Source: Octopus sinensis (taxonomy: Eukaryota). From it: DNA of 64,000 bases. The stretch covers positions 15,190,001 through 15,254,000 of the forward strand of contig NC_043025.1 of the NCBI RefSeq assembly GCF_006345805.1, read 5' to 3'. A program made the position numbers and the translations under genes. Positions 14,587 through 28,908 of the stretch are shown here, in pieces. Position 1 is the stretch's first letter; the number at the start of each line of letters is the position of its first letter. The notes beneath the pieces are model-generated. The model was not told the DNA's origin, ran no database searches, and saw only the letters and a list, made by a program, of their open reading frames with translations.

Positions 14587-17500
14587 TGATAATAATAATG
14601 ATAATAATGATGATGATATTAATAATGATAGTAATAATAATAATGATGATAATAATAATGATAATAATGATGATGATATTAATAATGATAGTAATAATAA
14701 TAATAATGATGATAATGATAATAATAATGATGATAATAATAATGATAATAATGATGATGATATTAATAATGATAGTAATAATAATAATAATGATGATAAT
14801 AATAATGATAATAATGATGATGATATTAATAATGATAGTAATAATAATAATAATGATGATAATGATAATAATAATGATAATAATGATGTGTTATCATGTA
14901 CATTGTTTTGTCTTGGTATAAAAGATGGGCTACAGCAAATATTCTGCTCAATACCACAGATTTGCTTGTCAGTTGTTAGACCTTAACCAGTTGAGCATGT
15001 CCCTTAGTGGCTGACGATGTGCATCTCTGATCACGAGCAGAAGTAGTGGGGGAGCATCATAGCCATGTGTTGAGAGGGATTCTTTGGGGTTTGGATAATT
15101 CACCTCTGGAAACATGGGTGTTTCATTCAACACCCTGAAACAATCCTTATTCAAGGACATCTTGAGCAGGATGGGTTACTCAACCTGAAGAAAATTCTAA
15201 CTGGGCCTCCACCTGCAAGGTCATGCGCTGTTTATCTTGTTATGAGATCACCATGTTGCGCACATATGGTTGTGATGCATGTGCCTGGTGTACCCTTATC
15301 AGACGGGTAGTCATGATGGGTATATTGGGCTTCGTATATTGGGCTTAATGATACTTAACTCAGTGTGTAGTTTGGAGATGAGGGAGTCTCTCGTGGTAGA
15401 GCCACCACTGCTCCACATTAAGGGGTCACAACTGCAATAATGTGGATTTGTGAATGGAATGTCACAAGAAAGAACTACAAGACCGATTCTTCAAGCTGAG
15501 CCAAGCAGCAAAATAATGGTTATGATGACAAGGGTTCCGGTCGATCCAATCAGTGGAACAGTCAAGTCCTGAAATTCATGTGCAAGTGGCTCAGCACTCC
15601 ACAGACACACATAGTTCTCAGGGAGATTCTTATTTCTTTACTGCCCACAAGGGGCTACACACAGAGAGGACCAACAAGGACAGACAAACGGATTAAGTCG
15701 ATTACATCAACCCCAGTGCGTAACTGGTACTTATTTAATCGACCCCGAAAGGATGAAATACAAAGTCGACCTCGGCGGAATTTGAACTCAAAACTCAATG
15801 ACGGGCAAGACACTGCTAAGCATTTTGTCCAACGTGCTAACGACTCTGCCAGTTCGCCGCCTTAATAATAATAATTTGTTTCTTTATTGCCCACAAGGGG
15901 CTAAACACAGAGGGGACAAACGGATTAAGTTGATTATATCGATCCCAGTGCATAACTGGTACTTAATGTATTGACCCCGAAAGGATGAAAGGCAAAGTTG
16001 ACCTCGGCGGTATTTGAACTCAGAATATAACGGCAGCCGAAATATGGCTACGCATTTCGCCTGGCGTGCTAACGATTCTGCCAGCTCACGCCTTTTGTTC
16101 TCAGGGGGATTCATAATGATGGAGAGTATGGCATGGCTGGCCCCTTTGAAATACAGGTCCAACTCACTTTTTGCCAGCTGGAAGTAAAGTATCTTGTTGA
16201 AGAACACATGCTGCTGGCTATCGAATTCACAACCTTACAATTGTGTCATAGACCCCTAACCACTAAGCCATGTGCCTTCACAAACCAGCAAGGGACCTAG
16301 GGTTACTTCTGACTGAACCCCATGGAGGAAGTGTCTGAGAACCATCCTTGCTTTTGCTCATGTTTCTAACACCATTTTAATTGTATTTGGAACATATGTG
16401 AAGAAGGGTCTACAGAGATTTGTGAGAACCTTAAATTCAGAAAATGGTTTTGGTATTGCCAGCAGTGGGATGGAACTCACAACAGCCAGTCAACTGCTGC
16501 CTGTCTACCAATGGTTGTAGTTTAGCGAAAAAGGAATTTCTTTATCTCTGTTTAAATTAGATATGATTCACCATTGTAAATAGCCAAAGAGCAGATTTCT
16601 ACTTTCCCACCTTCAGCACACACACACACACACACACACTCTGACACACACACACTCACTGACACATACACACTCACTGACACATACACACTCACTGACA
16701 CACACACTCACTGACACACACACTCACTGACACACACACACTCACTGACACACACACACTCTGACACACACACACTCTGACACACACACACACACACACT
16801 CTGACACACATACACACACATACAGGTACATACGCTGTATGTATGTGTACATATATATATAATTATTATTTGTGTGTGTGTATATATATATATATATACA
16901 TACATGCATATAGGTACATATATACACACACAAACATATAAAGCAACCACAACTTCCTTATATATAAACAACATATATATGAATAATATACTCATATACG
17001 TGTACATACGCATATATATATACAAAAACACATGTACACACATATCTACTCACACCTACAAAGCAACCACAGTTTCCTTCTACACTTAGATTTTTCTTGA
17101 AGGACATCCTGCTATAGAAACGTGTGTGTGTGTGTGTGTTGATGTGAGGTGGAGAAGTCCTCCTTGTTCCTTCTCATCTGCTCCCTCTTCTCATTATTTT
17201 GGCCAAATGAATTTTATACACGCAGTATTACACACACACAAATATATGTATATATATTTCTTTGAATTGTCTTGGATATACTCTCAGTGAACTGTTTGTA
17301 ATCCAAAGAAGAAAATGCAAGATTTATCCCTCTGATAAAATACTTTGGGATTATTCACCTCGAAGTAACTTTTATTTCTGTAACTTTTTATCTTCATTTG
17401 AATTTTTATCTGAATTTTGGCTTGTTCTATAGAGTCCAGCGAAACTAATTTAAACATACCTATTTTACACATACTTAAGGGTTTTAAAAAAATAAAAATA

Positions 17501-20500
17501 TAGTTTATGATGTTGAACGTTGATAAAGTTGTATAAGGGTCTGATGATTGGGGTCGTATCTTGAGATGGGTTCCAGGGAAACACGGAGTGGTTTAGGAAC
17601 CCGAGGATGTACCCCATGAAACACATGTTGCCAAGGAATAAAACAGTAGATAATTAAAATAAAAATTCTTTTTATTAGGTGAGATGTAAGGGTACACAAT
17701 CTCTAAATTAATATATATATATATATAGGCGCAGGAGTGGCTGTGTGGTAAGTAGCTTGTTTACCAACCACTTTGGGCAAATGTCTTCTGTAGCCTCGGG
17801 CCGACCAAAGCCTTGTGAGTGGATTTGGTAGATGGAAACTGAAAGAAGCCTGTCGTGTATATGCATATATATATATATATATATATACATGTGTGTCTGT
17901 GTTTGTCCCCCCAACATCGCTTGACAACTGATGCTGGTGTGTTTACGTCCCCCTGTAACTTAGCTGTTCGGCAAAAGAGACCGATAGAATAAGCACTGGG
18001 CTTACAAAGAATAAGTCCTGGGGTCGATTTGCTCGATTTAAGGCAGTGCTCCAGCATGGCCGCAGTCAAATGACTGAAACAAGTAAAAGAGTATATATAT
18101 CACTGTGGCTGTGTGGTAACAAGCTTGCTTTCCAACCACATGGTTCTGGGTTCACTCCCACTGCGTAGAACCTTGGGCAAATGTCCCCTACCATACCCTC
18201 AGGTTGATCAAATCCTTGTGAGTGGATTCTGTAGACGGAAACTGAAAGAAGTCTGTTGTGTGTGAATTCCTGTGTTTGTCCTCTAGCCATTACTTGACAA
18301 CCAATGCTGGTTTGTTTGTGTCCTCATAACTTAGAAGTTCAGCCGATAGAATAAGAACTAGGCTTAAAAAGAATAAGTCCTGGTGTTGATTACTTCAACA
18401 AAAAAAACCTTTTATGGTGGTGCTCCAGCAAGGGCACAGTCAAATAACTGAAACAAGTAAAAGAATATACACACACAAACACGTGTGTGTGGATAATGAA
18501 TGTATGTATATACACACGTATATAGCATATATATTTATCTTGTATTTGTTTCAGTCATTGGACAGTGGCCATGCTGCAGCACTTTACCCTGACGGGTTTT
18601 AGTTGATGAAATTGATCCCAGAATATTTTATTTTTTCTCTTTAAAGCCTGGTACTAATTCTATCATTCTCTTTTGCCAAGCTGCCAAGTTACTGGGCAGT
18701 AAACAAACCAGCACAGGCTGTCAAGCGGTGGGGGGGGGACACACACAAAATCACACACATACACATATAGGAGCGTACGCTCGAAACGTAAAAGACTTTC
18801 TCACCTTCCCGAGCGTTAAACTAATACATCTGTTTGTTGTTTACACACCCGTCTTCATCTTTTGTGTTTTTTGTAAACTCTCACTGCGAGCTGGCAGAAA
18901 TGTTAGCACGCTGGGCGAGATGCATAGCAGTATTTTGTCTGCCGTTACATTCTGGGTTCAAATTCCGCTAGGTCGACTTTGCCTTTCATCCTTTAAGGGT
19001 TGATAAATTAAGTATCAGTTACGCACTGGGGTCGATGTAATTAACTTAATCCGTTTGTCCCTTGTGTGTTTAGCCCCTTGTGGGTATTAAAGAAATATAT
19101 ATATATGCATGCACACACACACACTTGGATAGGATAAAGATCCTTGTTGCATCATACAGTCTCAGAGAGCCAGTTTCTTGGTTTCTGTGGTGCATCTATT
19201 CCCCTTTGATGGGATGCAACTCCCTTGCAAGATTACTCATTTTTGCCAGTTGAGTGGATTGATGCAATGTGAGATCCAGTGCTTTGCAAACATATCCAAC
19301 CCACACCAGGATTGAAAACCAGAATCAAGATTATGTTGATGATTTTTGGCTGGTTTGTTATTTGCCACGCTCTGCCAGAACCGTTCTCTAAAGCAAGTGG
19401 AATTGGTTATCTTGGAGTAAAACATAGTCTGTACCTAAGCTGCTGCATGGCCTTCTTTAAGTGTAGCAAAGCCAATTCTTGCAGAGGACAAAAGAAAGCA
19501 GATTGATTGCAAAATATGAGCAACGTTAATTTATTGACCCCTGGAAGGATAATAGCAAATCTGCTTCCCCTGAGTTTTGATCTCACAACATGCACAAATA
19601 GGTGCAAGTGTACCTTTGTGGTAAGAAGTTTGCTTTCCACCTACATGATTCCTGGTTCAGTCCCACTGTGTGGCACCTTGGGCAAGTGTCTTCTACAATA
19701 GCCTCAGGCCAACCTTAGCCCTGGGAGGGGATCTGGTAGACGGAAACTAAGCATCCTCTCATGTGTGTTTGTGTTTGCCCTCCACTATCACTTGGCAACT
19801 GGTGCTGATGTGTGTATGTCCTTGTAACTTAGTGGTTCAGCAAAAGAGACTAATAGAATAAGTACTAAGCTTTAAAAAAAGCGGGTACTGGGTTTGATTC
19901 GTTTAACTAAAATTGTTGAATTCAGTGCCCCAGCATGGCTACAGCTTAAACAAGATGAAAGGTAATTAGCCTGAACATAATGTTGCTGTTGTCATTTAAT
20001 GTCCACTTTTCCATTCGTTCATGGGTCGGACAGAATGCGTTGAGGCAGACTTTTTGCAGCCAGATGCCCTTTCTGTTGCCAACCGTTACCTGAGCCCAAG
20101 CATGGTACTATTTCCCCTGTAACCAGACATACTTCTCATGGATGGTTGGAAATGGATGAAATTAAACATCACGTAATGTCCCCAAAAAAGGGGTCATGTT
20201 GCCCACACACACACACCATACATATACAGAGAACCCTTAGTTTACTAATTTCATTCATTCCCGAAGGTTGTTCATCACCCTAACTGTTTGTAATCCAAAA
20301 CAGTTTTTCCCATAAGAAATTCTAGAGAAATTACAGCAAATTCAAGCAGGGATGTGCATGGAAGGAAAGCCAGACACCAACTGTTCCTCTTCTGCTGATA
20401 TTCCTAGCTTGGTGCCAACCATTTTTGCTAATTTCTGCATTCGTTACTTGAGACACTGTTTGTTACCTGAGATGTTTTATGTTCAAAAATTTGTTTGTAA

Positions 20501-23500
20501 ACCAATTTATTCATGACTAGTGGGGCCTCTGAATATTTCATGGAATTAATAGTAAACTTATTGGGTTCTTCCTGAAAACTTTATCCAGAAAATGTGGAAG
20601 CATATCTTGTGTTGTGTCTGTATCAAAATATAGTCGCTCATCTGCGCTATTCACTGAAAAGTGAAGGCAATTGGAATGCGATGATTTTTTCCCTCTGATG
20701 TTCTAAGGAATCTGATGATCAACTGTTGATATTTCTCTTATTTTTGTTAATTAGCCATGGCTAATTATTTTTCTGAATTAGTTATGGCTAATTATTTTCA
20801 AATTTCCTGATTTAAAGCCAATTAAATTGTTGCAATTAAATCAATGAACATTACTTTAACGAAGCTTCTTCTTAAAATTTTCTTCTTGTTTAACCTTAAG
20901 TCAGTCCTGATACTGTAGTCCTATGGTCTGGTCAAAGACGTTCTACCCATGACCATCCTGAAATTTCATCCATTTCATAACCGAGTTGCCTAAGATATTA
21001 TTCAGTTTTGTCTTTAACTGGGATTTGAGAAAGAGATTTAACTGCTCTTTCTAGCTCATCAACCGTCTTGTTTGATATTTTGCTATGTTTTGAGGTAGTC
21101 AGGCATTTTATTCAATGCATCATCACTTCGTTTACTGTTTCTCTCCTCACCTAAGTCCATCTTAGAGTCAAGGATAGATACAAAGAGGATGTCTCTGTCG
21201 TTGCTTGAGATGCTAGAAATAATAGTCAAATCACCCTTAACCAACACCCTTCTGTTTTAAGATAACGAAGGACTCCTTGGGTAATGTACACTTTGATGTA
21301 CACCTTTTACCTTTTTCAGTCGTTAGACTGGGGCCATGCTGGAGCACTGCCTTCAAGAATTTCTTAGTCAGATGAGTCAACCCCGGGGCTTATTCTTTTG
21401 AGGTGTGATACTTGTTTTATCAGTGTCTTTTTGCCAAACAGCTAACTTATAGGGATGTAAACAAACCAGCACTGGTTGTCAAGTGGTCATGAGACACACA
21501 GACACATGACAGACTTCTTTCAGTTTTTGTCTACCAAATCCACTTGCAAGGCATTATTCAGCCTGAGGCTATAGAAGAAGACATTTGCCCAAGGTGCCAT
21601 GCAGTGGGACTGAACCCAGAACCCTGTGGTTGAGAAACAAACTTCTTACCACACAGCCATGTCTGCAACTATGTTGAAGGATTGGATGGTCACAACAGGA
21701 CTGTTTGCTGGTAGGTTTATTGGATTAGGGTTGACCAAAGGCTAAACAACAAGCTGGTATCTCTTATTATAAAAGGCAGATTTTATCTGCCTCCCTTTGG
21801 GAGTTATACAAATCTACAATATAGGATTTCTTCAATTACAATTTACCTAGCAATTTTAAGAGTACAATGCAACGCGTCATGCCAGGTCCAGTTTTTAAAA
21901 TTTAAACTCCAATTAAGCAAAATTTACAGAAAACTCACATCTGGTGTGTGTGTCAAATGCTTTTCTTAGTCTGGTTTACAGCACACGCAAACGCACACAC
22001 ACACTGTGTAACGAATAAAATGAAACTAGATGTAATATTTGTTACTGTCCATGAACGCTGATAATACATGAGTAAAATGTATGGGAAGCTAACAAATAAG
22101 AGTGAGTGAAAATGTTCTTGGAAGAGAGTAAATTTGAAGCTTGAGAACAATCAGATACATTTGCAACACATCTGTTGAAAATATTATTATTCACACACAT
22201 ACATATACATATATACATACAGACAGACAGACAGACAGATAGACACACACACACACACACCACACACACACATGATCCAGCATGGCCACAACCTCAAGGC
22301 TGAAACATATAAAAGAATAACAGAATATAAATGTGTGCAGTGTGTGAGAGAGAGAGTGTGTGTGTAATATGTATGTATGTATGTATGTATGTATGTTATT
22401 ATATAATAATGCGGTTTTTTTCAACAGCTTCAACTAAAAGTCAGAGGGGAATGGGATAAACTACTTATATTAACTTGCTATAAAAGCAGGTAGTAATTTT
22501 ATCTTGTCCTTATTCTAGTGCAAGTTTTGAAGATGCATTTCGATTTTAACGCTATTTTTTTCAAAGCTATGTTGGAAGTAACAAAGGAGCATATTTGGCA
22601 TATTTTGCTTTATGAGTTCAATAAAGACAACACACGCAACGGAAAGTACAAGAATATTAATGCAGTATATGGGGATTGGACAATAAGCGTAAGGCAGTGT
22701 CAATGGTGGTTCCAGAAATTCCGAGCCATAAACTACAGCCTAGAAGACGAGCCTCATCCTGAAAGATCTGTAGAACTCGACAAGGACATCTGAAAACCCT
22801 GGTGGAACAAAATCTCATCGTAACTGTTGAGGAACTAGCAGAGAAGCTTGGATTTGGTCATTCAACCATTCATTGAGACCTGTGTGCTATCGGAAAAGTC
22901 AGCAAATTGGGTCAATGGGTTCCTCACGAACTTTCCGAGTCTAATTGCATGCAGAGAGTGAATGTATGCTTTTCTTTGCTGTCACATCTCACCACTACTG
23001 CGCTATGTATATCTATATATATAAACTTAGTTGTGTGAGTGTCTGTCCCCTTCGATTTAGATTCCTAACTACTCCCCCACATTTTGCGGTGCAGTTTAAC
23101 CAAATTCGGGTAGCTTATAGTCGTGATTCATATCGAGCCCGTCTGAGTATTAGCGCGCGTCTACGATGAGTCTACGATTTTTAAAAATAATTTAACATCA
23201 TTTTTTATTCCATTTTAATGCATAATTTTTCGTGTGTCGATGGCGGTGGAGTTGGCGTCCACGCTAACACCTGCACCTGTGTGGGAAGGGAGTGTAAGGA
23301 AATCAACGTCCGTAATGCGTTGTCAAGGAGACCAGCGTTCTTTTAGAACAACGACTTCATGGCTTGAAGACACCAAAACAGAAATGGCTAAGAAGCGTCT
23401 ACATGAGTCTACGATTTAAAAAAAAATTTACCATCGTTTTTTTCCATTTTTAATGCATTTTTTCGCTATTATATAAGGGAAGTAACTCTCTAAAAATGTC

Positions 23501-24126
23501 TACGATGAGTCAACGATTTAAAAAAAATTTACCATCATATTTTTTCCATTTTTAATGCATTTTTTGCTATTTTTTGGCTATAACTCTCTAAAAATGCTTA
23601 TATAGTTATTTCCCTTACAAACCCGAGCAACGCCGGGCGATACTGCTAGTCTCATTATAAAAAGCAGATTTTATCTGCCTCCCTTTGGGAGTTATACAAA
23701 TCTACAATATAGGATTTCTTCAATTACAATTTACCTAGCATTTTTAAGAGTACAATGCATCGCGTCATGCCAGGTCCAGTTTTTAAAATTTAAACTCCAA
23801 TTAAGCAAAATTTACAGAAAACTCACATTCTGGTGTGTGTGTCAAATGCTTTTCTTAGTCTGGTTTACAGCACACGCAAACGCACACACACACAGTGTGT
23901 AACGAATAAAGTGAAACTAGATGTAATATTTGTTTCTGTCTATCACGCTGATAGATACATGAGTAAAATGTATGGGAAGCTAAGAGCTAAGAGTGAGTGA
24001 AAATGTTCTTGGAAGAGAGTAAATAGCGAGACAGAGTGATTTGAGGAAGACTTTACATTAAATAACCGTAGTGGCTTCTGTTAGTAATAAAGTAAACATA
24101 CACTCATATATACATATATACATACA

Positions 24127-24160
<34 letters not shown>

Positions 24161-24668
24161 CATACATACATACATACACACACACACATACATACATACA
24201 CACACACATACATACACACATACATACATACATACATATACATACATTCATACATACATACATACACACACACATACATACATACATATACATACATACA
24301 TACATATACATACATACACACACACACATACATACACACACATACATACATACACACACACATACATACATATATACATACATACATACATATACATACA
24401 TACATACATATACATACATACATACACACACACATACACACACACAGTATTGAAGCTTGAGAACAATCAGATACATTTGCAACACATCTGTTGAAAATTA
24501 TTGTTCACACACATACATATAATATATACATACAGACAGACAGACAGATAGACAACACACACACACACACACACACATGATCCAGCATGGCCACAACCTC
24601 AAGGCTGAAACATAAAAGAATAACAGAATATAAATGTGTGCATGTGTGTGAGAGAGAGAGTGTGTGTG

Positions 24669-24700
<32 letters not shown>

Positions 24701-25976
24701 TATATATAATAATGCGGTTTTTTCAACAGCTTCAACTAAAAGTCAGAGGGGAATGGGATAAACTACTTATATTAACTTGCTATAAAAGCAGGTAGTAATT
24801 TTATCTTGTCCTTATTCATAGTGCAAGTTTTGAAGAGTGCATTTCGATTTTAACAGCTATTTTTTTCAAAGCTATGTTGGAAGTAACAAAGGAGCATATT
24901 TGGCATATTTTGCTTTATGAGTTCAATAAAGACAACAACGCAACGGAAAGTACAAGAATATTAATGCAGTATATGGGGATGGACAATAAGCGTAAGGCAG
25001 TGTCAATGGTGGTTCCAGAAATTCCGAGCCATAAACTACAGCCTAGAAGACGAGCCTCATCCTGAAAGATCTGTAGAACTCGACAAGGACATCCTGAAAA
25101 CCCTGGTGGAACAAAATCTCATCGTAACTGTTGAGGAACTAGCAGAGAAGCTTGGATTTGTCATTCAACCATTCATTGAGACCTGTGTGCTATCGGAAAA
25201 GTCAGCAAATTAGGTCAATGGGTTCCTCACGAACTTTCCGAGTCTAATTGCATGCAGAGAGTGAATGTATGCTTTTCTTTGCTGTCACATCTCACCACTA
25301 CTGCGCTATGTATATCTATATATATAAAACTGTAGTTGTGTGAGTGTCTGTCCCCTTCGATTTAGATTCCTAACTACTCCCACATTTTGCGGTGCAGTTT
25401 AACCAAATTCGGGTAGCTTATAGTCGTGATTCAATCGAGCCCGTCTGAGTATTAGCGCGCGTCTACGATGAGTCTACGATTTAAAAATAATTTAACATCA
25501 TTTTTTATTCCATTTTAATGCATAATTTTTCGTGTGTCGATGGCGGCGGAGTTGGCGTCCACGCTCACACCTGACACTGTGGGGAAGGGGAGTGTAAGGA
25601 AATCAACGTCGTAATGCGTTGTCAAGGAGACCAGCGTTCTTTAGAACAACGACTTCATGGCTTGAAGACACCAAAACAGAAATGGCGTCTACATGAGTCT
25701 ACGATTTAAAAAAAAAAAATTACCATCGTTTTTTTTCCATTTTTAATGCATTTTTTCGCTATTATATAAGGGAAGTAACTCTCTCTAAAAATGTCTACGA
25801 TGAGTCGATTTAAAAAAAAATTACCATCATATTTTTTCCATTTTTAATGCATTTTTTGCTATTTTTTGGCTATAACTCTCTAAAAATGCTTATATAGTTA
25901 TTTCCCTTACGAACCCGAGCAACGCCGGCGATACTGCTAGTATTTATATATAGAAATACCATTCTATTCATTTTGC

Positions 25977-26012
<36 letters not shown>

Positions 26013-28861
26013 ATATACTCATTTACTTGTTTCAGTCATTTGACTGTGGCCATGCTGGAGCACCGCCTTTAGTCGAGCAAATCGACCCCAGGACTTATTC
26101 TTTGTAAGCCTAGTACTTATTCTATCAGTTTCTTTTGCCGAACCGCTAAGTGACGGGGACGTAAACACACCAGCATCGGTTGTCAAGCAATGCTAGGGGG
26201 ACAAACACAGACACACAAACATACACGCACACATATATATATACATATATACGACGGGCTTCTTTCTGTTTACGTCTACCAAATCCACTCACAAGGCTTT
26301 GGTTGGCCCGAGGCTATAGTAGAAGACACTTGCCCAAGGTGTCACGCAGTGGGACTGAACCCGGAACCATGTGGTTTGTAAGCAAGCTACTTACCACACA
26401 GCTATATATATATGTCGTACTGGTGGCACATAAGAGCACCTGTGCTGGCGCTGGGTAAAAAATCACCCATTGCACTCTTGGAGTGGAAGGGCATTCAGCC
26501 GTAGAAACCATGCCAAACCAGATTGGAATCTGGTGCAGCTCTCTGGCTAACCAGTTCCAGTCAAACCATCCAACCCATGCCAGAATGGACAACAGACGTT
26601 AAATGATGATGATGATACACATGCATTCTAGGTGCAGACATGGCTGTATGGTAAGATGTTTGCTTCTCAACCACATGGTTCCTGGTTCAGTCCCACTGCA
26701 TGGCACCTTGGGCAGGTGTCTTCTATTATAACCTGGGCCAATCAAAGCCTTGGGAGATGGAAACTGAAAGAAGCCTGTTGTATGTGTGTCTGTTAGTTTC
26801 CTCAGCACCATCACAACTACTTGACAACTGGTAACTTAGTGGTTCAGTAAAACTGACTGATAGAACAAGTATCAAACTTTTAAAAACTATATGGTGGTTG
26901 ATTTGTTCTGAACCCTTTCAAATGAATGCAACAAGTAAAAGACAGAAGGTGGATCTTTTCCGTTTGAATGGCAGTTTTTTCTTGCACTGTCATATGAAAT
27001 TGTCACCCATAATTATGACCCTAGTATCGATCTATTGCATTTCAATCTGTTTTAGGGTTAGGGTTGGGAGGAAGGCTATATTTTTTTCTTCACAAATGTA
27101 AATAAACCCAATCTGTTTCTTAAACGAGGGACATATTCAAACGGCACAGAATGTTTTCACCTCAATAGACGTCATTGATTGTTTGAAATTGCAGAAATTG
27201 AAGAAAAAAAACCCACAAATATCTTACAAACCATAGAATTTCCTGAATAAAGCCAAGAGAAAAAGATGTTTTATAAACACATTCTAGCAGTATACCAAGT
27301 TTAAAAGTGTTTAGTTACCTAGAAATTATTAAAAAAAACTGCCGTTCAAACCGAAAAGATCCCAGAAGCTATACACCCACGCACTCACATACCTATACAA
27401 AGTAGGGGGGTTTATGATTGAGAGGTGGGGGTACCACCTCCCAGGGCCAGCACTGACTGGTTTTTTCCCCCTCCAAATTTCTGGCAGTTTACACCTGACT
27501 GTTTTGGCACGCACTGGATGAAGTGTTTGGTATTGACTGAGCAACACCTGTCAGGACGGTGCCCCAGCATGGCCATGGTGTGTGTGTGTGTGTGTGTTAG
27601 AAGTGAGTGTCTTTGTGTGAAGACAGGAAACAGATTGGATTGTAAAGGGAGTGGTGGTGGGAGGGTGAGAGAGAGAGAGGTGAGATGCAGAGAGAGGGAG
27701 GAAAGAGAGATACAGGCAGCAGTGTATAGAGGAAGTGGGAGGGAGACAGAAAATGATAGAGGGTTAGGGAGAGAGGAGAAACAGGTAGAGGCAGGAAATG
27801 AGTGGGAGGAATGATTGAGAGAGAGAGGGGGGAACAGGTGAGAGACAGATAAATGAGGGAAGAGAGTGGGAGACAGAGATATAAATGGAATGGTGTGGAA
27901 GGGGGAGGACAGCTGTAAGAGAGGAAAGGGGGGAGAGACATAATGAGAGAGGAATAGGGGGGAAGGACATACTGTTAGTGAGAGGGAGAGGGTGATGTCT
28001 GTAGTGAGGGAGGAGGACAAGGAAGAGGGAGAGAAAGAAGGAAGCAAGCCAGAGACAGAGAGAGGTGGGGAGACAGGAGAGAGGGTAGACAAATATTGAG
28101 AGATAGAGAGAGGGAGACAGCAAGAGAGAGAGAGATCAGACAAGAGACAGTGAGAGGTGGGGAGACAGATACTGAGAGAGAGGGGGGGTAGGAAAGTGAA
28201 ACAGAGGTGGGGAGGTTGTGGAAGAAATATCAATAAAAAATATATTGACCTAAATTTGAGTGATTGATAGAGTGATGGAGGTGTGTATGGCAGATTGTTG
28301 GGGGTGGTTTTGTGGTCTGGAACCCTGTCTGCTCAGGTCATCCTTACCCTGACTGAGAAGACCTCATACAGTCAACACCAATCCAGTTGTGGCTATCACA
28401 ATTAATTTCTTCTGTTTGACAAAAGAGCCTATCCAATGTGGTTTCTGAGTTCAAATTCTGCTGTGACCAAATTTGTCCTTCACCCCTCTGAGGTTGGATG
28501 CAATAAAGTACCAGTGAAGTACAGGAGTCTGTACAGTTCACTTGTCTTTTCCCCTCTCCTCACAATGTCTGCCTTGTTCCAAAATTTGAAGTGTTGTTGT
28601 TGTTGTAGCCGTTTCCTATTGCTATTGTTTATTGTTGTTGTTATTAATCTGTTTCTTCATCTGTTTCTCTTTTGCAGTCAATTGCTATCAACAAAGCTAT
28701 CAATTCAAATGTACATCCAGTCAAGGAAAAGCATGTGCGAAGTATCCTTTTGTTGCGGCTGGAGCCTTCTGTTACACACACACACACACACCACACACAC
28801 ACACACAGAGACACAGACACACACACACCACACACACACACACAGACACACACACACACCA

Positions 28862-28908
<47 letters not shown>

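Noticed and set aside
27412-28233. 273-aa Ser/Leu/Pro-rich ORF
   Set aside because: It is a low-complexity GA/CT tract with no splice or homology support.
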